From positions 1 to 33,792 of the IMG/VR virus record IMGVR_UViG_3300020161_003266: a DNA stretch of 33,792 nt. One strand, written 5' to 3'. The DNA is from a virus (lineage: Duplodnaviria > Caudoviricetes). Positions 1-6,576 of this stretch are shown one piece after another (the stretch's first letter is position 1; each line of letters opens with the position of its first letter). A program made the position numbers and the translations under genes. The notes beneath the pieces are model-generated. The model was not told where the DNA came from and made no database searches. It worked only from the letters and a program-made list of their open reading frames with translations.

Positions 1-819
1 GACAGCATCTACAAAGTAACCAATATCTCTAGCACACTTATTTGTTGTAGAAATACCGAGATTTGTTGAGGGTAATGAAGAGGTATTCCCAGCACCAACT
101 ACTGTAGTAACAATTGCTGTTAAAGTATCAATAGCATCTTGAACATCAGAACATGCAAGAGGACTTGTATTTGGAACTGGGAATGGACTTCCAGATCCTA
201 TTCTGGCAGGTCCAATACTAACTCCAAGATTTTTATATGTTAGTTGGTTTGTAATCGCATTCTTCATCAAATCTCTTGACTGTTGGAAGGCATAGATTGA
301 TTCTGTGGTTACGCCAACTAATCCATTTGAAATTGGATTTCCTACATTATCAAAATACTGTAAGGTGAATTGTTTTGCATAATTATTTCCACCCATAAAG
401 ACATCGGTAGAAACAGCATCTACAAAATAACCAATATCTCTCTTACATTTTGTTTGAGTTGTAGAAATTCCTGGGTATGTAGCGACTGTATTCGTCCACG
501 CAGTATCAACAATTTCAGTTCTATTGCTTTGAATTAAATTATAAGAATCATAATAACGATTTTGATTATAAGGAATGGGGTCAGTAGGAAAATTAAATCC
601 TGTAGGAAATCCAATAGCAATAGAAGCAAGTGATTTATCTACAATTTCTTGTTTATTTTGTTGAATTAGACGATAAGAGTCCTTATAACGATAAGAAGCA
701 TCATTTGCAGAATCGCCAGGGAAAACAAAATCTGGATGATTAATTGCAATTGCTGCAAGTGACTTATCAACAATCTCAGTTCTATTTGCTGCGATTAAAT
801 TCCCAGCATCAACATATCT
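1..819 (-). repeat. Protein-level repeats in the fibre C-terminal region: 3x RYxDxxxLIxxNxxEIVD and 2x KCxRDIGYFVDAV
   Basis: RYVDAGNLIAANRTEIVDKSLAAIAI (from 819), RYKDSYRLIQQNKQEIVDKSLASIAI (from 690), RYYDSYNLIQSNRTEIVDTAW (from 558); KCKRDIGYFVDAV (450-412) and KCARDIGYFVDAV (39-1). Confidence 0.9.
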
Positions 820-3800
820 TCCAGGAGCAACTGTTTTAATTTCAAAAATATATCCATTTCCACCACTTTGTGCGCTTCTTGGATATAATCTTGTTCCAGG
901 TTCAAAGGGGCAAGTGAATCCAAGTCCTACAATACTTACTCCCATTCCAACAGAAAACTTATGTGCTGTTGAAGTGTATGCAGTTAAAATTCCAGTGCTA
1001 TTATCATAAGAAGCATTTGTAATATTTAAAGTTGGTGTATTTAAATCAAGAACAAAGGTGTCTGCATTTGCTGCTGCAGAACTTGTAATAATACCTGTAT
1101 ATTTTCTTGGACCAACTCCATCAGCAATTAATGCATAATTTCCAAATGATGAGTTTGAGTTGGTTAAATCGCAAGCAGATCCAGAACCACAGAAAACTGC
1201 AATATCATTGCAGATAGTAAACATTGAAACCAACTGCGCATAACCTTCGTTGGTGATAGAACAACCAATACCACCTTGATTGTATTGAGTGTAACTATCA
1301 AGAACCATTGATTTGGTTGGACCAATTGCTTTTGATCCATCAATCTTCAGTCCAATACTATTTGGAATGAAGTTTGTGCAGTTTTGGATATATGGGGATT
1401 GATCAAAATATCCTATTTGATTTGGATTAAATGCAAAGATTGCTTTACCAGAATTCAGAGTGCCTGTATAAGACATCTCAGCAATGTAATTTCCATTAGA
1501 AACATAGAACAAGTCTTGATTTGCATTCTGTGGAGATACTGATACTTCTCTTAAACTATCTCCAACAATTGATACTTGTTCTGGAACAGTGAGAGGATTG
1601 TTTTCTAGATAAGATCCAGCACTAACTTTAATAACTGTTCCTGTTGTTGCTGCAGTAAGTGCCGCTCCAATTGTTCTCTTTGCAGTTCCAAGTCTTTCTC
1701 CTGAATTTGTGTCTGATCCATCTTGAGTTACATATAAAATACTAGTTACCTTTACTCCTACTGATCCGGAGTCTGTTCCCTGAACACCTTGAGGTCCAAG
1801 TTCTCCCTGAAAACCTTGAACACCTTGAACTCCTTGTGGACCTTGCCCACCCAATCTCCCTTGAGCACCTTGAAATCCTTGTGCTCCTTGAAGTCCAAAT
1901 CCTTGAGTGCCTTGAATACCTTGAGATCCTTGTGATCCAAATCCTTGAGTACCTTGAGTACCTTGACCTGCAAATTCACCACTTAGACCTTGAGATCCTT
2001 GTAGTCCAATACTACCAGAAAATCCTTGAATTCCGCTAGTTCCTTGAGTTCCTTGACCTGCAAATTCGCCAGAAAGTCCTTGAGTTCCTTGGGAACCATC
2101 TACGCCCTGTTGACCCAGTGTTCCCTGATTACCTGATATTCCTTGAGGGCCTGATTCCCCTTGGATGCCTTGACTACCTTGAGATCCTTGTTCTCCTTGA
2201 GGGCCTTGAGTGCCTTGACCTACAAATTCTCCGCTTAGACCTTGAGTTCCTTGGGTTCCTTGAGTACCTTGAATTCCCTGATCACCTTGAAGACCCTGAA
2301 GGCCTTGAGTGCCTTGAGTACCTTGAGTACCTTGAATTCCTTGAGTACCTTGAGTTCCTTGAGTTCCTTGACCCGCAAATTCGCCAGAAAGTCCTTGAGT
2401 TCCTTGAGCACCTAGAGTTCCCTGAGTTCCTTGAGTTCCTTGAGCACCTAGAGTTCCCTGAGTTCCCTGAGTTCCTTGAGTACCTTGAGTTCCTTGAGAA
2501 CCTTGTTCTCCTTGAGTTCCTTGAGTTCCTTGAGAACCTTGTTCTCCTTGAGTACCTTGACCTGCAAATTCACCACTTAGACCTTGAGTTCCTTGGGTTC
2601 CTTGGATACCTTGATCACCTTGAAGACCCTGAGAACCTTGTTCTCCTTGAGTACCTTGACCTGCAAATTCACCACTTAGACCTTGAGTTCCTTGGGTTCC
2701 TTGGGTTCCTTGATAACCTTGAGAACCTTGTTCTCCTTGAGTACCTTGACCGGCAAATTCGCCACTTAGACCTTGAGTTCCTTGAATTCCCTGATTACCT
2801 TGGATACCTTGAGTGCCTTGTTCTCCTTGAGTACCTTGAGTACCTTGACCGGCAAATTCGCCACTTAGACCTTGAGTTCCTTGAATTCCTTGTGGACCTT
2901 GCCCACCCAATCTCCCTTGGGCACCTTGAAATCCTTGAGCGCCTTGAGAACCTTGAACTGATTCTCCTTGAATTCCTTGAGTTCCTTGATCGCCCTGAAG
3001 ACCTTGTAAACCTTGAGTACCTTGACCCGCAAATTCACCACTTAGACCTTGAGTTCCTTGAATGCCTTGAGCACCTTGAGAACCTAGTAAACCTTGAGAA
3101 CCTTGAGAACCTTGTGTTCCCTGAATACCAATTCTTCCTTGAGTTCCTTGAATACCTTGAGCGCCTTGAGAACCTTGAACTGATTCTCCTTGAATTCCTT
3201 GAGTTCCTTGAAAACCTGTAAATCCTCTAGATCCTAGTTGTCCTTGTAAACCTTGACTACCTTGATTTCCATCTAATCCTTGATTTCCTTGAATCCCCTG
3301 TGCTCCTTGCGCACCTTGAGATCCTAAAGATCCTCTATATCCCTGTGCTCCTTGTGTTCCTTGAGATCCTTGTACTCCTTGAAATCCTTGAGATCCTAAA
3401 GATCCTTGCGCACCTTGAGATCCTAAAGATCCTCTATATCCCTGTGCTCCTTGTGTTCCTTGAGATCCTTGAAATCCTTGAGATCCTTGTTCTCCTTGAG
3501 ATCCTTGAAGTCCATATCCTGTAGATCCCTGGGATCCTTGACCCGCAAATTGGCCACTTAGTCCCTGAGGACCATAAGTTCCTTGATTTCCTTGTGTTCC
3601 TTGTGTCCCTTGTGTCCCTTGAGCACCTAAAGTTCCTTGGGTTCCCTGAGAACCTAGAGTTCCTTGGGTTCCAAGTCTGCCCTGAGTACCTTGAGTCCCT
3701 TGAAATCCTTGAGCACCCTGAAGACCTTGTAAACCTTGAAATCCTTGAGCACCCTGAAGACCTTGAGAACCTTGTAAACCTTGATTTCCTTGAATGCCAA

Positions 3801-4713
3801 GTCTACCCTGAGTCCCTTGGAGACCTTGAGAACCTTGTTCTCCTTGAGTACCTTGATTTCCTTGGGATCCTTGGGATCCTTGAGTTCCTTGGAGTCCTTG
3901 AAGTCCTTGTGTTCCTGGTCTTCCTTGAACTCCCTGTAAACCCTGAACTCCCTGTAAACCTTGTAAACCTTGCGATCCTTGAGATCCTTGGGATCCTTGG
4001 GATCCTTGGGACCCTTCAGTTCCTTGGAGTCCTTGAGTACCAAGTCTACCCTGAGTCCCTTGAAGACCTTGAAGACCTTGGAGACCTTGAAGACCTTGAG
4101 AACCTAGTAAACCTTGAGTTCCTTGAGTTCCTTGGAGTCCTTGAAGTCCTTGTGTTCCTTGGAGTCCTTGAGTACCAAGTCTACCCTGAGTCCCTTGAAG
4201 ACCTTGGAGACCTTGAAGACCTTGAGAACCTAGTAAACCTTGAGTTCCTTGGAGTCCTTGGAGTCCTTGGAGTCCTTGGAGTCCTTGTGTTCCTGGTCTT
4301 CCTTGAACTCCCTGTAAACCCTGAACTCCCTGTAAACCTTGTAAACCTTGTGATCCCTGAATACCATAAGATCCCTGAAGACCTTGTAAACCTTGAAGAC
4401 CTTGAAATCCTTGAGCACCAAGTCTACCCTGAGTCCCTTGAAGACCTTGAAGACCTTGAATTCCTTGAGAACCCAGTAAACCTTGAGAACCTTGTGCTCC
4501 CTGAATTCCTTGATTACCTTGAAGACCCTGAAGACCTTGAGTTCCTTGACCTGCAAATTGTCCAGAAAGTCCTTGAGAACCCTGAACACCTTGAGTTCCA
4601 AAGGATCCTTGAGTACCTTGAGTTCCTTGAACCCCCTGGGGACCAAAACCTGTTGCAGATTGCGTTACTTTAATACTGGGAGTATAGCCTACAGTAACGT
4701 TATAGTCCGTCAT
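1..4713 (-). CDS. Giant collagen-like fibre protein (3'-truncated by the window, >=1571 aa): 23-aa leader, ~958-aa Gly-X-Gln region, pectin-lyase-like beta-helix, then helical cyanophage fibre repeats
   Basis: ATG at 4713-4711 with GAGGGG at 4725-4720. Hand translation: MTDYNVTVGYTPSIKVTQSATGFGPQGVQGTQGTQG...GPQGVQGTDSGSVGVKVTSILYVTQDGSDTNSGERLGTAKRTIGAALTAATTGTVIKVSAGSYLENNPLTVPEQVSIVGDSLREV...KCARDIGYFVDAV at base 1. The frame is the same at both ends and at the internal points checked. Its absence from the ORF track fits having no stop inside the window. Confidence 0.93.
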   Translation of the reverse strand, partial: MTDYNVTVGYTPSIKVTQSATGFGPQGVQGTQGTQGSFGTQGVQGSQGLSGQFAGQGTQGLQGLQGNQGIQGAQGSQGLLGSQGIQGLQGLQGTQGRLGAQGFQGLQGLQGLQGSYGIQGSQGLQGLQGVQGLQGVQGRPGTQGLQGLQGLQGLQGTQGLLGSQGLQGLQGLQGTQGRLGTQGLQGTQGLQGLQGTQGTQGLLGSQGLQGLQGLQGLQGTQGRLGTQGLQGTEGSQGSQGSQGSQGSQGLQGLQGVQGLQGVQGRPGTQGLQGLQGTQGSQGSQGNQGTQGEQGSQGLQGTQGRLGIQGNQGLQGSQGLQGAQGFQGLQGLQGAQGFQGTQGTQGRLGTQGTLGSQGTQGTLGAQGTQGTQGTQGNQGTYGPQGLSGQFAGQGSQGSTGYGLQGSQGEQGSQGFQGSQGTQGAQGYRGSLGSQGAQGSLGSQGFQGVQGSQGTQGAQGYRGSLGSQGAQGAQGIQGNQGLDGNQGSQGLQGQLGSRGFTGFQGTQGIQGESVQGSQGAQGIQGTQGRIGIQGTQGSQGSQGLLGSQGAQGIQGTQGLSGEFAGQGTQGLQGLQGDQGTQGIQGESVQGSQGAQGFQGAQGRLGGQGPQGIQGTQGLSGEFAGQGTQGTQGEQGTQGIQGNQGIQGTQGLSGEFAGQGTQGEQGSQGYQGTQGTQGTQGLSGEFAGQGTQGEQGSQGLQGDQGIQGTQGTQGLSGEFAGQGTQGEQGSQGTQGTQGEQGSQGTQGTQGTQGTQGTLGAQGTQGTQGTLGAQGTQGLSGEFAGQGTQGTQGTQGIQGTQGTQGTQGLQGLQGDQGIQGTQGTQGTQGLSGEFVGQGTQGPQGEQGSQGSQGIQGESGPQGISGNQGTLGQQGVDGSQGTQGLSGEFAGQGTQGTSGIQGFSGSIGLQGSQGLSGEFAGQGTQGTQGFGSQGSQGIQGTQGFGLQGAQGFQGAQGRLGGQGPQGVQGVQGFQGELGPQGVQGTDSGSVGVKVTSILYVTQDGSDTNSGERLGTAKRTIGAALTAATTGTVIKVSAGSYLENNPLTVPEQVSIVGDSLREVSVSPQNANQDLFYVSNGNYIAEMSYTGTLNSGKAIFAFNPNQIGYFDQSPYIQNCTNFIPNSIGLKIDGSKAIGPTKSMVLDSYTQYNQGGIGCSITNEGYAQLVSMFTICNDIAVFCGSGSACDLTNSNSSFGNYALIADGVGPRKYTGIITSSAAANADTFVLDLNTPTLNITNASYDNSTGILTAYTSTAHKFSVGMGVSIVGLGFTCPFEPGTRLYPRSAQSGGNGYIFEIKTVAPGRYVDAGNLIAANRTEIVDKSLAAIAINHPDFVFPGDSANDASYRYKDSYRLIQQNKQEIVDKSLASIAIGFPTGFNFPTDPIPYNQNRYYDSYNLIQSNRTEIVDTAWTNTVATYPGISTTQTKCKRDIGYFVDAVSTDVFMGGNNYAKQFTLQYFDNVGNPISNGLVGVTTESIYAFQQSRDLMKNAITNQLTYKNLGVSIGPARIGSGSPFPVPNTSPLACSDVQDAIDTLTAIVTTVVGAGNTSSLPSTNLGISTTNKCARDIGYFVDAV
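1771..4644 (-). repeat. Degenerate 9-bp tandem repeat array encoding Gly-X-Gln collagen triplets
   Basis: The + strand reads (ttg nnn ncc)n, e.g. ccttgagtt, which is GGN-NNN-CAA on the minus strand. About 2.87 kb, and visibly more GC-rich than the flanks. Confidence 0.97.
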
Positions 4714-4724
4714 TTATATCCCCT

Positions 4725-5060
4725 CTAAACAGATGCTGAAGATGTTACAAGTGCCATTCCCTCAATTATTTTCCTTTTCTTTCCAGTAGAAGAATTGATA
4801 ATTATAACGTCATAATAATGCCTACCCATATCTAAAGTGCTTGATATGGTATTTGCCATAGAAACTATTACCTGACCAGCAGATGTCATAATTCCTACAG
4901 AAAAATCTGTAGATTCGCTTGAGGACGGAAATTTTTTAATTTTGGATATTGAAAGATAGCCAGACAAATTTAGTGGAGAACCATCTGGATTGCTGACAGT
5001 GAAAACACTTTCAAAATCCGTTCCTTTTTCTATTGTTATATTAACAGAGGGAACTGTCAT
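4725..5060 (-). CDS. 111-aa beta-sandwich-type virion protein (BppU-N-like adaptor family common in cyanomyoviruses)
   Basis: The pattern NITIEKGTDF...F...NPDGSPLNLSGY...KIKK...GRHYYDV...KIIEG.ALV matches the recurrent phage family 'N.IEQG.DF...LTGY...GRY.YDV...R..EG'. It has a late promoter motif upstream and abuts the fibre gene. Confidence 0.75.
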   Translation of the reverse strand: MTVPSVNITIEKGTDFESVFTVSNPDGSPLNLSGYLSISKIKKFPSSSESTDFSVGIMTSAGQVIVSMANTISSTLDMGRHYYDVIIINSSTGKKRKIIEGMALVTSSASV

Positions 5061-5077
5061 TTATTATTTTAGTATTT

Positions 5078-5088
5078 TATTTATTTAT
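5078..5088 (-). promoter_or_regulatory. T4-type late promoter motif (two overlapping ATAAATA) upstream of the adaptor/fibre island
   Basis: Minus strand reads ATAAATAAATA, overlapping the gp16 stop and ending 17 nt upstream of the ATG at 5060. The context is very AT-rich, so a chance match is possible. Confidence 0.6.
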
Positions 5089-5528
5089 TCTTCTTGATTT
5101 AACTGGGATTTTAATAGTTTAGCTAAATCTGCAGTTGACCCAACAAATAATGCATTATTGACAGTTGTTGGGGATTTTGATTGGGATTTTTCATCCATAT
5201 CTTTTAATTTTTTTTGCAAATCCATCAATTTATCTGTTGCATCAGCGACACTTTTAATTAATTGTCCAGCAACTTCATATGCTCTAGGCATTTCACTTTC
5301 TTGCGCAAGTTCAAGAATACCGTTAATAGCTTCTTGTCCTTTTTCTATTAAACTATATAAATTTCCTCTAGTATATTCATAATCTTTTTTAACATCATCA
5401 TTTTGTATAGGTATAGTTGTTGTTTGCAAATCAACTTCTTTTGAAATTGGTGCGGATTCTGTAGAAACAATGTCTACGGGCAAATTAAATGATTCATTTA
5501 GTTTGTTAATATTTTTTGTCATTTTCAT
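5085..5528 (-). CDS. gp16: Terminase small subunit (T4 gp16-like)
   Basis: DYEYTRGNLYSLIEKGQEAINGILELAQESEMPRAYEVAGQLIKSVADATDKLMDLQKK and NNALFVGSTADL are characteristic of cyanomyovirus gp16. It follows gp15. An alternative start at 5522 is possible. Confidence 0.92.
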   Translation of the reverse strand: MKMTKNINKLNESFNLPVDIVSTESAPISKEVDLQTTTIPIQNDDVKKDYEYTRGNLYSLIEKGQEAINGILELAQESEMPRAYEVAGQLIKSVADATDKLMDLQKKLKDMDEKSQSKSPTTVNNALFVGSTADLAKLLKSQLNQEE

Positions 5529-5536
5529 ATATTTTA

Positions 5537-6538
5537 TTAAAATGTTGTGCCACTAAATCCAAAGTCATCACCATTTTCAATTAAAGTATTATCTTCGCTT
5601 GAAATAGATTTGATTTCTGCTCCAGATAAGTGAGATGTAATTGTGGTTCCATCTCTACCCCTATCAACAGTTAAAACATTGCCCGAAATTAATTTAACGT
5701 AAACCTCTTCACCTTCTATATCTAAATATGAACCTTTTACAATTCCTGAAGAATCATTTACCGGAATCAAAATATCATCAGTTGTTACATCTTTAGAAAT
5801 ATTTGTTAATATTGTTCCAGTATAATTTTTAATTGCCCTAGGTTCGGATGAATAAACAACCTCTCTTGTTGGAGTATCTGTAGCATCTCCAGTAATATAG
5901 CTGATGGTTGTTTTCTTGATAATATCTTTTGTTGCAGAAGAAGTTGGACCAAATAGGTAAGTTTTTACAGTAAATCTTAATGTATAAATTAATACTCTCC
6001 TTGTAGTAAAATCTCCCTCATAATCGTCCTGCATGGTAATATTTTCTAAGACCACAGGAATATCTCTTTTTTCGTTAATACTATCAACTAACTCTACTGA
6101 CATAGTATAAGCTGGTTGAAAGTATGGTAAAATTTGTTCTACTATCTGTAAAGCATCATCATTTAATTTTGACATTATGCTCAATTCAAATTGCATATTA
6201 TATGGAACTGGAAGATATGATTTTTTAGTCTCAATCCCATCAACAACAGACTTTGCTGTAAATGTTTGAGTTGTTGTTGCTTTTCTTGTTGAATCATAAG
6301 TCAATCCAGTAAATTCAAATGACATTCTTGGTAATGTAATTTGAATTGGTTTGTTTAAATTTGGGGATTGATTTAATCTTGCCAAAAACTTTTGAGATGG
6401 ACCATATGCTAAAGGTACTTTTATAACGCTAACAGTATTGTTTTCAGAATCTGTATGTTTAATTTTAATATCATTAAACAGCGATCCAAACGCTATTACA
6501 GTTCTTCTTAAAATTTCGTTATAAAAATATTCAAACAT
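5537..6538 (-). CDS. gp15: Tail sheath stabiliser / tail terminator (T4 gp15-like) with C-terminal extension
   Basis: MFEYFYNEILRRTVIAFGSLFN, KVPLAYGPSQKFLARL, ITLPRMSFE, PVPYN, DDALQIVEQILPYFQP, DDYEGDF. Start reassigned to the ATG at 6538, because the track start at 6586 lies inside gp14 and upstream of the late promoter. Confidence 0.93.
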   Translation of the reverse strand: MFEYFYNEILRRTVIAFGSLFNDIKIKHTDSENNTVSVIKVPLAYGPSQKFLARLNQSPNLNKPIQITLPRMSFEFTGLTYDSTRKATTTQTFTAKSVVDGIETKKSYLPVPYNMQFELSIMSKLNDDALQIVEQILPYFQPAYTMSVELVDSINEKRDIPVVLENITMQDDYEGDFTTRRVLIYTLRFTVKTYLFGPTSSATKDIIKKTTISYITGDATDTPTREVVYSSEPRAIKNYTGTILTNISKDVTTDDILIPVNDSSGIVKGSYLDIEGEEVYVKLISGNVLTVDRGRDGTTITSHLSGAEIKSISSEDNTLIENGDDFGFSGTTF

Positions 6539-6569
6539 AGCTTTAAAGGTTAATTTACCTAGTAAATAA

Positions 6570-6576
6570 TATTTAT
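6570..6576 (-). promoter_or_regulatory. Late promoter motif ATAAATA upstream of gp15
   Basis: Minus strand CCATAAATATT. It contains the gp14 TAA and lies about 31 nt upstream of ATG 6538. Confidence 0.7.

Noticed and set aside
1960-3050. Regularly spaced ~25-bp motif (gacctgcaaattcaccacttagacc) resembling a CRISPR repeat
   Set aside because: Copies vary mainly at synonymous positions, the intervening DNA is itself 9-bp repeat, spacings are multiples of 3, and no cas genes are present. It is a coding repeat.
1771-4644. Higher GC content as evidence of horizontal transfer
   Set aside because: Explained by obligatory GGN and CAR codons. The non-collagen part of the same gene is AT-rich like the rest of the window.
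1758-4646. Minus-strand Lys-rich ORFs (1758-1982, 3654-4043, 4230-4646)
   Set aside because: Off-frame readings of the same 9-bp repeat (AAG from CAA-GG). The Gly-X-Gln frame is continuous and joins a recognisable domain.
1836-4673. Long + strand Leu/Glu-rich ORFs (1836-2039, 2118-3221, 3300-3524, 3594-4673)
   Set aside because: Antisense shadows of the collagen repeat: the reverse complement of CAA-GGN yields CTT-GAN (Leu-Glu/Asp). They are broken by stops, lack ATG starts and oppose the strand of every real gene.
4711-4727. Possible TAG readthrough fusing the 111-aa gene to the collagen fibre
   Set aside because: The two ORFs are in different frames (11-nt gap), no slippery heptamer is evident, and the fibre has its own SD.
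6541-6570. Short inverted repeats upstream of gp15 (atttac-cta-gtaaat; ctttaaag)
   Set aside because: AT-rich 4-6 bp stems are expected by chance, and there is no U-tract or SD involvement.
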